Positions 50,008 through 59,914 of a stretch of DNA of 64,000 nt are shown here, piece by piece. Position numbers and translations under genes: made by a program. Origin of the DNA: Nitrosopumilus sp. (GTDB lineage Archaea; Thermoproteota; Nitrososphaeria; Nitrososphaerales; Nitrosopumilaceae). The notes under the pieces were generated by a model, which made no database searches, had not been told where the DNA came from, and saw only the letters and a list, made by a program, of their open reading frames with translations. The stretch is from contig OZ240211.1 of the NCBI GenBank assembly GCA_965197525.1, positions 544,001 through 608,000 on the forward strand. Direction: 5' to 3'. How positions within the stretch are numbered: the first letter of the stretch is position 1; every line of letters begins with the position of its first letter.

Positions 50008-50307
50008 ATGTTAGCAGATTCTGCAATCAGACGTTCACTTGATCAGTACATTCAAAACAGAATAAAAGAGATACCAACTGAGATAAAACAGACGTTCCCT
50101 TGGGTCAAACAGATTTGGAAGTGTAGTAGTGAAACAGATTTTCTTTATGGGTATTATGTAGGAAAGATTGAAGAAGGAGCACTACACTACTTGTTAAAAG
50201 CAACACGCGCATCAGCTGGAGGATATGTAGATGCCTTTGAGATACGAGGAATAATCGAGATTCATAAAAAAGAGCTAAAAGACACAATAGAGTCTGTAAT
50301 GAATTAG
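50008..50307 (+). CDS. Conserved hypothetical protein
   Basis: 99-aa ORF, DFLYGYYVG motif. Confidence 0.7.
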   Translation: MLADSAIRRSLDQYIQNRIKEIPTEIKQTFPWVKQIWKCSSETDFLYGYYVGKIEEGALHYLLKATRASAGGYVDAFEIRGIIEIHKKELKDTIESVMN

Positions 50308-50341
50308 AGAAGTAAAAATAGAGCGTTGATTTAGCAGATGT

Positions 50342-50515
50342 ATGGTAGGACCTAAAGATGGAGGATTTGGTTTTGATCAATCCAAGAAATATACGAGTGT
50401 ATCAAACATTGATGAGATCTGCGTACAGTGTCAGGCAGGTCAACACAAAAAATGCTTAAAAAAATCAAAAGAAGTAGAGAACTGTGAGTGTGAGCACTGT
50501 ATGATTTATGGTTAA
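50342..50515 (+). CDS. Small Cys-rich protein (57 aa, below ORF-track cutoff)
   Basis: Manual translation MVGPKDGGFGFDQSKKYTSVSNIDEICVQCQAGQHKKCLKKSKEVENCECEHCMIYG. Confidence 0.6.
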   Translation: MVGPKDGGFGFDQSKKYTSVSNIDEICVQCQAGQHKKCLKKSKEVENCECEHCMIYG

Positions 50516-50590
50516 GACTTTAAAGAAAAAAAATCAAACACAGGTAATGAAACTGAATCGGGTCAAAGAAAAGATTACAAGATAGAAAAA

Positions 50591-50923
50591 TTACAGACTA
50601 GATAGCTTGTGCTCTAGTTCTTGAATCTTGTTTTGGTGTGCGTTTGAGATGTTTTCTGCAAAAGCTTTGTGAGCTGAAATTATAGCAATCAAAGCATCCC
50701 TATAATTTGGATGGCCTTTCTTAATTACATCACATGATTCAAGTGATGTAATATGTCCTGTGACAGTGGCAACCGCACCCTTTTGATTGAATTTTACAAT
50801 ACCGCCAAACGCTTCAATCAGCATAAAAGATGACTCTGCTTTACACTTGTAGGTAACTCGGCCTGTGTCAGTATTGAACAGTTGAGTAACACCGCCTGGT
50901 TTTCGAGTAACTATAACAGTCAT
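50591..50923 (-). CDS. Hypothetical protein
   Basis: 110-aa ORF. Confidence 0.6.
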   Translation of the reverse strand: MTVIVTRKPGGVTQLFNTDTGRVTYKCKAESSFMLIEAFGGIVKFNQKGAVATVTGHITSLESCDVIKKGHPNYRDALIAIISAHKAFAENISNAHQNKIQELEHKLSSL

Positions 50924-50988
50924 AAAACAACTAAAAATTATGTGCTATTAATTATTTTAGAAACGATGTAATAATAGAATCGGTGAAG

Positions 50989-51501
50989 TTATTCGGATGC
51001 AGTTGGTAATGTTCCTAGAATTTTATCAATCTCGTGTATTGCAAGCTTGTCTCGGCCTAACAAGTCAAACTTTTGCAAGATTGTTTCAAACTGCTTCTCT
51101 TCTTCGACTTGCTCATTTACAAACCATTCAACAAAGGCAAAAGTGGAATGATCCCGATCTTTTTGTGCAATATCAACAATGCTATGAATTGCTTTTGTAA
51201 CTATCTTCTCGTTGTTTAGTGCAGTCTTTATTATCGTCTCAAGTGATTTAAAATCAGATGCAGGAGGTTTTGTGCCAGGAATAGTAGCAGTGCTGCCAAC
51301 ATCATTAAGATAGTGAATAAACTTGATCATGTGTTGACGCTCCTCTTCGGCTTGATTATAAAAGAATGCAGCAGAGCCATCATATCCTGTTCGCTCACAC
51401 CATGATGCCATAGATAGATATGTGTTTGACGCGTTAGATTCTAACGCAATTTGTGCATCTAAACTCTTCTTGATTTTAGGGGAAATTTTCATGCAAATCA
51501 T
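50989..51501 (-). CDS. ftnA: Non-heme ferritin
   Basis: QIALE..YLSMASW, EEERQHM, WFVNEQVEEE ferroxidase residues. Confidence 0.95.
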   Translation of the reverse strand: MICMKISPKIKKSLDAQIALESNASNTYLSMASWCERTGYDGSAAFFYNQAEEERQHMIKFIHYLNDVGSTATIPGTKPPASDFKSLETIIKTALNNEKIVTKAIHSIVDIAQKDRDHSTFAFVEWFVNEQVEEEKQFETILQKFDLLGRDKLAIHEIDKILGTLPTASE

Positions 51502-51524
51502 AAAAAAATGATGAATTTAAATGC

Positions 51525-52790
51525 TTAGAAAACAAATTTGAGGATTAGAAATATTGCCGCAAATACGGTTAGAAATACAATTCCCGAGATGCTCAGAATT
51601 TTTAGAAATTTAGATGGTTGATCGTCTTTTGGCAAACAAGTTCCCGTAACTAGTTTGAAATTAAAGATGGCAATGATTGGCGCTACAAGAAACGATAGAA
51701 CGGTTGCAAAATCAACTAGCTCTTTTAGATTATTGTGAAAATTAGATACGACTACAAAAGATCCGCTTGTAATAATAATTAAAAAGACGACATAGAGTAG
51801 TCTAAACTTGGAGTGTATTTTGAGTTCGTGACGAGAGAATAACAGTTCCACGGTTCGTTGCAATGACCTAGAATAACCATCAAGAACTGCAAGAATTGTC
51901 CCAAACATTATAGTAAATGCAGAAGCTGCAATGATTACATAGCTCCACTCACCGATAGTTGTAGTGTATAATGTAACTATTTTGTTTGCAAATAACGAGT
52001 TATTATTTGGCAACTCTTCACCTGAACCATAGAAGATAAAGGTGCCAAGGGTTACAAACATCGCAGCTAGTATCCCAGTTATTATGTATGATAGTTTAAA
52101 CTCGAACAGAGTCTCTCTGAGCTTTGGCATGTATTTGGTCTGTTTAATTCTCTCCAAGGTCCACAAACTATTCCAAGTAGAGAGATCGATTGCAGTAGGC
52201 ATCCAGCCCATCAACGCAAGCAGAAAGAACATGCCAGAAACAGTCCACAGATCAGCAGGTACAAAATCAGGTACCGGGTCTATAGGCCCATTATACAACG
52301 CAAACAATACTGCAGATGTTGTAGATACAACCAAAACGATGGCAATAACCTTGATAAGACTATCAAAGACTCGATATCTCCCAACTCCTAAAATTACAAC
52401 ACATACTGCAAACAAGACAATTAACGTGTATGCACCAAAGTGATCAAGATTAAATAGATTCTCAAAAAATCCTGCAGTAACAAACCCAACGGCGCCTGTA
52501 ACAAACAGCATGGTAGTTACAGTGATTAGAAAATATAGCCATAATGCAGGTTTGCCAAGTTTTTTGTAACCGTCAATCAAACTAGTTTGAGTAGAGTTAG
52601 CGTAACGAGATCCATATTCAAAGAAAGGATACTTGATCACTGTTACTAGAATTACAAATCCCAAAATTAGTAGGCCGTAATCAGCACCTGCTCTTGTGGA
52701 TTGTACTAGATGAGAGACACCTATAGCAGTACTTGCAAACAAGATACCGGGTCCTGCAGTCTTTGAAAACTGTGATAGCCTGGCATGCAT
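51525..52790 (-). CDS. NRAMP-like divalent metal transporter
   Basis: GPGILFASTAIGVSHLVQSTRAGA, GWMPT; about 11 TM segments. Confidence 0.85.
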   Translation of the reverse strand: MHARLSQFSKTAGPGILFASTAIGVSHLVQSTRAGADYGLLILGFVILVTVIKYPFFEYGSRYANSTQTSLIDGYKKLGKPALWLYFLITVTTMLFVTGAVGFVTAGFFENLFNLDHFGAYTLIVLFAVCVVILGVGRYRVFDSLIKVIAIVLVVSTTSAVLFALYNGPIDPVPDFVPADLWTVSGMFFLLALMGWMPTAIDLSTWNSLWTLERIKQTKYMPKLRETLFEFKLSYIITGILAAMFVTLGTFIFYGSGEELPNNNSLFANKIVTLYTTTIGEWSYVIIAASAFTIMFGTILAVLDGYSRSLQRTVELLFSRHELKIHSKFRLLYVVFLIIITSGSFVVVSNFHNNLKELVDFATVLSFLVAPIIAIFNFKLVTGTCLPKDDQPSKFLKILSISGIVFLTVFAAIFLILKFVF

Positions 52791-52873
52791 TATATGATTA
52801 TGCTAAAAACACGATATAATTGAGTAACGCAGGCCAAGATTAGATTTAATAGTCATATATTTTATAGAAATTC

Positions 52874-53182
52874 ATGCTGTTTGGAATATTTGCAACACAC
52901 AGTCCAGAATCATGTCCAATGCACAATAAGACAAGTCAAAAAATATTCGTAGAGTTAAAAGACAAGATAGACCTAGAGATGAAAAAATACAACATTACAA
53001 AAGTCGTTGATTTTTACATGTCAGTTCTAGAACACGATTGGATAATAATTGTTGATGCAGTGCATGCCCACGAAGTAGAACAATTGTGTATAGGTATAGG
53101 AATTGGATCTATGAGCACAATCAAGATTGTTCCAATGAACTTGTATGAAACTGCAAGGAAAAAGATGGTCGAAAAAAAATAG
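52874..53182 (+). CDS. Hypothetical protein (GYD/DUF3303-like)
   Basis: HSPESCP..EH..IIVDA pattern. Confidence 0.55.
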   Translation: MLFGIFATHSPESCPMHNKTSQKIFVELKDKIDLEMKKYNITKVVDFYMSVLEHDWIIIVDAVHAHEVEQLCIGIGIGSMSTIKIVPMNLYETARKKMVEKK

Positions 53183-53189
53183 AAACAGG

Positions 53190-53765
53190 TTATGATTCGT
53201 TATATCTAAAGCAATCGACTGTATGATCGTTTACCATCCCTATTGCTTGCATAAGGGCATAACAGATTATTGGGCCTACAAAGGTAAATCCACGTTTTTT
53301 GAGATCGTGGCTTAATTTTATAGAAATGTCGTTTGTTGCAGGTATATCAGACGCGTTACGGAACTTGTGTTTAATAGGTACATGATTAACAAACCCCCAA
53401 AGATAGTTATCAAAAGATCCAAATTGAGTTTGAATTTTGAGGAACTGTTGTGCATTATTAACTGCAGAGTTGATCTTTAGTTTATTATGAATAATACCGT
53501 TATCGTCTTTGAGGAGTTTTTGTACACGTTTTTGAGAGTATTTTGAGACTTTATTTACGTCAAAATCAGCAAATGCTTTTCGATAGGCAGATCTGCGTTT
53601 GAGAATTGTAGTCCATGATAGACCTGCTTGGGCCCCCTCTAATATTAAAAACTCGAATAGTATTTTATCCTCATGCTTTGGTACACCCCACTCTTTGTCA
53701 TGATAAGCGATGCTTGGTTCATCTTTTGCCCAAGAGCATCTCTCCTTCATAGTTGGGTTTATCAA
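53190..53765 (-). CDS. tag: DNA-3-methyladenine glycosylase I
   Basis: RCSW, YHDKEWG, LEGAQAGLSW, GMVNDH..C. Confidence 0.96.
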   Translation of the reverse strand: MINPTMKERCSWAKDEPSIAYHDKEWGVPKHEDKILFEFLILEGAQAGLSWTTILKRRSAYRKAFADFDVNKVSKYSQKRVQKLLKDDNGIIHNKLKINSAVNNAQQFLKIQTQFGSFDNYLWGFVNHVPIKHKFRNASDIPATNDISIKLSHDLKKRGFTFVGPIICYALMQAIGMVNDHTVDCFRYNES

Positions 53766-53792
53766 ATGGTGTAAAATATTAGTTGCTGGGCC

Positions 53793-54218
53793 ATGAGATT
53801 AAACTCACAATTACTAAAAATTAATAGAAATTTCATAATATGTTTTATTGCATCAGCTATACCAACTACAATAGCAGCTCACCTGTTAGGCGAATACGAG
53901 AACTATCTTAATACAACTATCACAATAGGTATCGGATATGCTAGTTTTTTTGGCACCTTTGCGTTATTATTTTATTTTGACAACAAAGAACGCTACAAAG
54001 AAATGGGCTTAAGACTAATTAAAAAAGAGCTACTAGTTTTAATCTCATCATTGGGTACAGGCGAGATAATTTATCTTGTAATACGATGGCCGACAATGTA
54101 CTATTTTCTTGAGATTGGAGTAGAAGCATATTTAGCATCATTGTTATCTGAGATAATAGCAACAGCATGTTATATGATAGCAGTTACCACGATATTGAAA
54201 ACCACGAAAACATTCTAG
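53793..54218 (+). CDS. Four-TM membrane protein
   Basis: Hydrophobicity pattern. Confidence 0.65.
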   Translation: MRLNSQLLKINRNFIICFIASAIPTTIAAHLLGEYENYLNTTITIGIGYASFFGTFALLFYFDNKERYKEMGLRLIKKELLVLISSLGTGEIIYLVIRWPTMYYFLEIGVEAYLASLLSEIIATACYMIAVTTILKTTKTF

Positions 54219-54289
54219 ATAATAGACAGGTTTTGAATACATGCAGACACAGAGTCAGATAATATAATTGGTAAATCAGGAAAAAGATA

Positions 54290-54463
54290 CTATTGTATAA
54301 ACTCGGTTAGTCCACACTTTCCACAGGTATGTCTATCTTTATGTTGGGACATAAATATACCTCGTCCACATCGTGAACAATTTTTTTTGAGTCTAGAGAT
54401 TTTATCGTTATCAATTTTAAAATATTTGTAGACACTAGGACTAGAGCCTTTCTTACCCGTCAT
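54290..54463 (-). CDS. rps27ae: 30S ribosomal protein S27ae (below ORF-track cutoff)
   Basis: Manual translation ..[27 protein letters not shown]; follows rps24e. Confidence 0.95.
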   Translation of the reverse strand: MTGKKGSSPSVYKYFKIDNDKISRLKKNCSRCGRGIFMSQHKDRHTCGKCGLTEFIQ

Positions 54464-54465
54464 TA

Positions 54466-54930
54466 TTATGAACCATCCTCTGGTTTTGATGTTTTATCTT
54501 TTGCAGTGTCAGCGTTATCTTTTGCAGTGTCAGTAGCACTATCTTTTGCAGTGTCAGCACTAGCAGCGTCACTAGCATCAGCGTCAGCAGATGCTTTTTC
54601 TTCTTCTGCCATATTTGCTTTTATCTTGTCGAGTCGTGAGAATATTGTAGGATTGACATGTTTTTTAGCCAAATTTTCATCATCATAGACATAAAATGTA
54701 CCTGTAACAAGAGATTTACCAACATGTGTTTTTAACTTCATCGAGATTACAATCTTGTCATCTAGATTGAATTGTTTTTTAATCATGTCTACTGCCTGTA
54801 GGGTCTTGAGCTTGCCAGCAAGTCCAGCAAAGTTGCATGTAAGTTCTCGTCTAGATAGAAAACTATTATCAACGTCCGCAACAGTCTCAATTATAGCAGT
54901 CATGTAATCGAAACTCTCTATATATTTCAT
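54466..54930 (-). CDS. rps24e: 30S ribosomal protein S24e with Ala/Asp repeat tail
   Basis: [18 protein letters not shown]; adjacent to rps27ae. Confidence 0.88.
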   Translation of the reverse strand: MKYIESFDYMTAIIETVADVDNSFLSRRELTCNFAGLAGKLKTLQAVDMIKKQFNLDDKIVISMKLKTHVGKSLVTGTFYVYDDENLAKKHVNPTIFSRLDKIKANMAEEEKASADADASDAASADTAKDSATDTAKDNADTAKDKTSKPEDGS

Positions 54931-54948
54931 ATAAACCTTGATTGAGTA

Positions 54949-56235
54949 GGTTCTGTGAAGTTATCGGGAGTTATATGTCAATTCCTAAAATGTATAAACC
55001 TCTAAACCGTAAGATATTCGTTGAAAGCGATAAAGTCAATATCACAGAAATATACGCCAAACTCTGATCTAATGGATATGATGAGTACATTCACAAAGAT
55101 GGTCAATCATTGCATCAAGATAGGGTTGAAAGAAGACACTCACAATATGAAGAGGTTGTCCATGTTATGTTATCATGAATTACGTAATTATGACATCCTG
55201 TCTTCATACAAACTAAATGCAATATCACGAGCTGCAGGCATGTTATCAAACAGAAAACAATCAATCAAACGAGGTGTCAGAATAAGAGATCTAATAGTCA
55301 AAAATCCCTTTATGACAAACTGTTACGGCATAAAACACAACGGTGCACTACTAACAATCCCATACAAGAGACATAACCCAATCAACATTTTACTCAACGA
55401 TCACACCCAAAAAATCCTATCTGATCCCGCCTTGACGGTGCGCTCGTTTTCATTGACTGCTCTGAACATCAGTCTTTGTGTTTCAAAAACAGTGCAAGAG
55501 ATCGAGTGCACCAAGAAAGTGGGAATAGACAGAAACCTAAGAAATGTGACGTGTGGGAATGAGAAAATGGTAACATTCTACAAGACAAACAAGTTACTGT
55601 CAATCAAAGAGAACACAATACATGCAAGAGCAGGATTCCACAGAAATGATCGCAGAAAGAAAGGTCAATTCTGGAAACAAAGACAGAGACGAATGAGCAA
55701 TAGAACAAAGCAGTACATCCACAGAATCTCAAAACATATTATTGACAATGCAGTCAAAAACAAGACTGCAATCGTCATGGAAAACCTGAAAGGAATAAGA
55801 AAACTGTACCGAAAAGGAAACAGTCAAGGTAACAAGTACAGACGTAGATTGAACGGGTGGCAATTCTACGAGTTACAACGCCAAATAGAATACAAAGCCC
55901 AATGGGTCGGGCTACCTCCAGTCGAATTTGTAGATCCAAAACGCACGAGCACGCAGTGTCCGCAATGCGGAAAGAAACTCCAAGAGGACATGCAACAACA
56001 TCGTAAAATGTCGTGCAATAATTGCGGTTTGTTTATGGACAGAGATATTATCGCTGCCATGAACATATCACGCAAACTGCCTCCTAGGTTTAGGGGTAGT
56101 AGAGATGACATATATGAAGCGCAGTCTGGCACTTTTGAGCCGGCGATGACGGAACCTAGCACACCATTGGTAATCCGAATAGTCGATATGTCAAAGTCAA
56201 GTTTAGGGGTTAACTCCCGATAACTTCACAGAACC
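54949..56235 (+). mobile_element. TIR-bounded tnpB-only element, family B (1287 bp)
   Basis: Perfect 25-bp TIR GGTTCTGTGAAGTTATCGGGAGTTA; same length as the 23478 copy; no TSD. Confidence 0.95.
55021..56223 (+). CDS. tnpB: TnpB-family RNA-guided endonuclease, 400 aa
   Basis: Close paralog of 23500-24693; D/E/D residues intact. Confidence 0.93.
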   Translation: MKAIKSISQKYTPNSDLMDMMSTFTKMVNHCIKIGLKEDTHNMKRLSMLCYHELRNYDILSSYKLNAISRAAGMLSNRKQSIKRGVRIRDLIVKNPFMTNCYGIKHNGALLTIPYKRHNPINILLNDHTQKILSDPALTVRSFSLTALNISLCVSKTVQEIECTKKVGIDRNLRNVTCGNEKMVTFYKTNKLLSIKENTIHARAGFHRNDRRKKGQFWKQRQRRMSNRTKQYIHRISKHIIDNAVKNKTAIVMENLKGIRKLYRKGNSQGNKYRRRLNGWQFYELQRQIEYKAQWVGLPPVEFVDPKRTSTQCPQCGKKLQEDMQQHRKMSCNNCGLFMDRDIIAAMNISRKLPPRFRGSRDDIYEAQSGTFEPAMTEPSTPLVIRIVDMSKSSLGVNSR

Positions 56236-56236
56236 C

Positions 56237-56797
56237 ATGGAACGATACATGATCCACTTGAAGAATACAGGATTTGCACCTGAAAATGCTCGTGAGATAG
56301 TATACAAAGCTCGAGAACTAGCAGTAGATATGAATGCATCTGTAAGAATTGCCAGAGTTGCAAAAAAATTCGTAGAGCTTGATGTTGCAATAGAAAAAGA
56401 AGATCTCGATGAATTAGTTGCCAGATTTGCACCAATTGGCCCAATTGATAATGTCAGACACGTAATAGAAGAAGAGATCGACAAAGAACAAGGAATTCAA
56501 GATGGAATATTTTATTTTAACAGTGAGCGATTCTGGGAGAGTCATGAAGCGTTTGAGGGAGTATGGAAACAATGTTTTGGACGAGAGAAGGAACTGGTAC
56601 AAGGAATTATCTTGATGGCAGTGGCGTTTGCGCATGCACAAAAAAACGATGTCCCCATTGGAATAGGAATGCTTCGGAGAGTTTTAGAGAAACTAAATGA
56701 TTCTCCATCAATGTATCACCGCATTGATATAGACAGAATGAGAGATAAAGCACTGAATATGCAAAAGACAAACAGTTTGGCTATATTTGAGATTTAA
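56237..56797 (+). CDS. DUF309 family protein
   Basis: FWESHEAFEGVW..QGII..AVAFAH. Confidence 0.88.
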   Translation: MERYMIHLKNTGFAPENAREIVYKARELAVDMNASVRIARVAKKFVELDVAIEKEDLDELVARFAPIGPIDNVRHVIEEEIDKEQGIQDGIFYFNSERFWESHEAFEGVWKQCFGREKELVQGIILMAVAFAHAQKNDVPIGIGMLRRVLEKLNDSPSMYHRIDIDRMRDKALNMQKTNSLAIFEI

Positions 56798-58079
56798 TCA
56801 ACTCAATGGCAGTAGGAACTACCTGAGCACCTTCAAGCATACCGATACTTCCTTGTTTTGCCTGCTTTTCAGTCATTCTTGTAGTTCCATCATTTTTAAT
56901 AAAATCAGCAGAGATCAAAACTGGGACAGGATCATCGCTATGTCCTTTGTTAATACACGGTGTAGAGTGATCAGCTGATATAACAATTGCAACCTTGCTA
57001 GTATCAATACTCTCAACAAGAGGTTTAAAGAATCGCCTATCGATCTCCTCAATATTCTTCATTTTGCCTATAGCATCTCCATCATGGCCAAACTCATCTG
57101 GTCCTTTAAGATGAACATAAATCGAGTTCTGTGTTTGCATTGCCTCTGCAGCAACTCGTGCTTTCTCTTCATAATCAGTCAACCCACCTGCCTCAAATGC
57201 TTTCATCTCTAAGACTTTTGAGATTCCAATCTCAACTGGCATATCAACAATACAGGAAAAACGCATGTTGTATTTTGTATTAATTGGAACAACATCAGGA
57301 TAGTGATTGCCAGCATCTCTTAACAGGATACAGCTGAGTTGCTTTTGGTTATCTGCCCTTCGTTTTTCATTAACTGGGCTGTTTTTCATGATACTCTGGG
57401 ATTTTTCGGATAACTCATTAACCAGATCAGCTGTAAGCTTTGATATTTCAGTACCGTCTAGAGGCAGACATTTTTCAATCTTTAAGAAATCACCTACTGC
57501 TTTTGCAACACCCATTCCTCCAATATTGCTATATGCAGGATCGGTGTTTGTAATCTTAGAAGACAGATCAGTATCGGCAGTTCTAATTCTAACTGTTACC
57601 CTATGATCAATAGTTGGTGCAATTACAACTGATGTGCCAGGAACGGACATCACAATATTTTCCTCGATCTCTTTTGCAATTGCCATAGCATCTGTTTTTT
57701 CAACATGCCGTCCTGCTCGCCTATCAACAATTATACCATCATCATCCAGTGTTGAATAATTTCCTCTTAATGCCAAATCGCCATCATTAAAATCAATTCC
57801 GATACCTATGGCCTCAATAACACCACGTCCAGAGTACTGAGCGTGATTAAATTTGTAACCTAGCATATTAAACACTGCGATATCAGATTCTGGCGCTATC
57901 CCCTTTCCAACTGATATCACTTCTCCAATAACACCATTGTGTGCAATTTTGTCTAATATCGGTGTCTTGGCAGCCTCTAATGGGGTTTTTCCATCTAAGT
58001 CAGGATGAGGAAGATCGCCTACGCCATCTAAAAGAACGTAAATCATGCGAATATCAGAACTCTCCAAGATATACCCCAT
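56781..58079 (-). CDS. apgM: 2,3-BPG-independent phosphoglycerate mutase (start probably near 58051)
   Basis: LLDGVGD, PESD, HLKGPDEFGHDG, ADHSTP, HSDDPVP. Confidence 0.95.
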   Translation of the reverse strand: MGYILESSDIRMIYVLLDGVGDLPHPDLDGKTPLEAAKTPILDKIAHNGVIGEVISVGKGIAPESDIAVFNMLGYKFNHAQYSGRGVIEAIGIGIDFNDGDLALRGNYSTLDDDGIIVDRRAGRHVEKTDAMAIAKEIEENIVMSVPGTSVVIAPTIDHRVTVRIRTADTDLSSKITNTDPAYSNIGGMGVAKAVGDFLKIEKCLPLDGTEISKLTADLVNELSEKSQSIMKNSPVNEKRRADNQKQLSCILLRDAGNHYPDVVPINTKYNMRFSCIVDMPVEIGISKVLEMKAFEAGGLTDYEEKARVAAEAMQTQNSIYVHLKGPDEFGHDGDAIGKMKNIEEIDRRFFKPLVESIDTSKVAIVISADHSTPCINKGHSDDPVPVLISADFIKNDGTTRMTEKQAKQGSIGMLEGAQVVPTAIELIKSQI

Positions 58080-58149
58080 TTACCAGATAGGACTCTCTCC
58101 TTTAAATCTTGCAACAAAATACGTGTAACAGTTAAACACAACAATTCAA

Positions 58150-59313
58150 ATGATGAAAAGTCATCGACTAAAAAAATATGTTTTCTACAAATCCGAATTG
58201 CATAATATTTGTAGAACCTTTTTGCGTTTATTTCCAAATTTTCTTATTTTGAAGATTTCCGTAAACGTTTTAACAGAGATGAATGGTAAATCAACCATTA
58301 TGGGAGATATGCGTAAAGACTACATCTCTGAACGTTTCATGATTGTTTCAAAAAAATACAAAGCTGTGAATTCGAAAAAATCACCCTTTGCGCCAGGAAA
58401 TGAATCTATGACAAATCCGTCTATACTATCGCTTGTTGAAAAAAATGGCATGCTGCAACGTCTTCAAGATAACGAAGATTCCTTTGTAAAAGATTGGGTA
58501 ATCAGGGTTTTTGAAAGTAAAAACCCTATTGTATCTGTAGACGTTGAAAACAATTACAGTGATAAACCATTTTACAGCGAACCTACATACGGATACCATT
58601 ACATCATCGTTGCATCACCTAATGAGAAAGACACGTTTGCAACAATCGATACAGAACAATGGTCAAACGTTCTAGTTGTAGTGCAGGATAGATTAAGATG
58701 GTTATACACACAAAAAGGAGTAACGTATGTCGCAATTTATGGGGATTATGGAGAGTTGACAGGTAACTCTAATTCACATCCACATCTCAATCTTTTGACA
58801 TTCTCTACGATTCCACCAGTAATTGATACTGAAGCTGACGCGTTTCACAGAATTTCAAATGAGAGAGGCATATGCCCCATGTGTCAGACTATAAGTGAGG
58901 AGATGTCAGGCCCTAGACAAATTCTTCAAACGGAAGGATTTGTTGCATTCTGCCCTTGGGCACCAACATATCCCTATGAATTTTGGATCACGCCGAAAAA
59001 ACACACGACAAGTTTTGCAAAGATTACCCAAAAAGACATCAACGATCTGTCATTGATTTTAAGAGCAACGTTAGGTGGTTTGACAAAAATTCTCAAAAAT
59101 GTATCATATACAATGGTATTTCACCTATCTCCCGAAAAAAAGAATAGTAGACAGATTCACTGGCATATTGAGATATATCCAATTATGAAGCCATGGTCGG
59201 GACTTGAACGGGGTTATGGCATATTCCTAAATGATGTATCACCGGAGAAATCTGCTGAGGAGCTTGGGACAGCTTGTAGGAAAGAGCTAGCTCATCTAGT
59301 TGGAATAGATTAA
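58150..59313 (+). CDS. galT: GalT-family (HIT-like) uridylyltransferase; start probably later (MGDMRKDY)
   Basis: SPFAPGNE, HPHLNL, CPMC, HWHIEIYP. Confidence 0.82.
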   Translation: MMKSHRLKKYVFYKSELHNICRTFLRLFPNFLILKISVNVLTEMNGKSTIMGDMRKDYISERFMIVSKKYKAVNSKKSPFAPGNESMTNPSILSLVEKNGMLQRLQDNEDSFVKDWVIRVFESKNPIVSVDVENNYSDKPFYSEPTYGYHYIIVASPNEKDTFATIDTEQWSNVLVVVQDRLRWLYTQKGVTYVAIYGDYGELTGNSNSHPHLNLLTFSTIPPVIDTEADAFHRISNERGICPMCQTISEEMSGPRQILQTEGFVAFCPWAPTYPYEFWITPKKHTTSFAKITQKDINDLSLILRATLGGLTKILKNVSYTMVFHLSPEKKNSRQIHWHIEIYPIMKPWSGLERGYGIFLNDVSPEKSAEELGTACRKELAHLVGID

Positions 59314-59482
59314 GTCACAAAATTGCATCACGCATAATAATAATGCATTTTTTATCAAGTTTTCTGTTGCTTATTAGAATTAAAAGACAAGATAAATTTA
59401 CATAAACAAGTCACATATTTTTTATATAATTATGAATTTTTTTAATAACAAGTTTTATAGATAAACATACGCAGTAGTAAAT

Positions 59483-59914
59483 ATGGCAACATATAGCAGA
59501 ATCTTCAATGACGCTAAAAAATTTGAAAAGAAGGTAGGACTTGATCTCAAAGTGTTCAACTACCTGTACAATCTAGTTGAGACAGAATATGAACACCAAA
59601 CAAAGTTAAAGAAAGCAAAGAAGAAGAAGAATGTTGCAAATGCAGGAGGGCGTAAATACAGCCTACAACTAAAAAACAGACTACTGATGTTACTGTTGCG
59701 CTATGAAACAAATGTTACTTACAACAAATTAGCATCACAGTTCGGTCTGAACCAATCAAATGCGTATAGAAATATCAAAAGCTTAGAACCAATACTGAAA
59801 AAATGTGTTAACAACAACCCCAAAAACTCAAGCAGACGAATCAAGACTGTTAGAAAGTATCTCATAAATAATCTTCCTGCAACACGCAGTGTAATCACAG
59901 AGAAGCGTAGATAG
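59483..59914 (+). CDS. Stand-alone IS5-type transposase HTH (HTH_Tnp_4-like) protein
   Basis: GGRKYSL..RLLMLLL..TYNKLASQFGLNQSNAYRNI..LEPIL; no DDE domain. Confidence 0.7.
   Translation: MATYSRIFNDAKKFEKKVGLDLKVFNYLYNLVETEYEHQTKLKKAKKKKNVANAGGRKYSLQLKNRLLMLLLRYETNVTYNKLASQFGLNQSNAYRNIKSLEPILKKCVNNNPKNSSRRIKTVRKYLINNLPATRSVITEKRR

Noticed and set aside
4804-56243. Large inversion or cointegrate between GGTTCTGT elements within the window
   Set aside because: The 8-bp flanks of the four TSD-less elements do not match each other directly or as reverse complements
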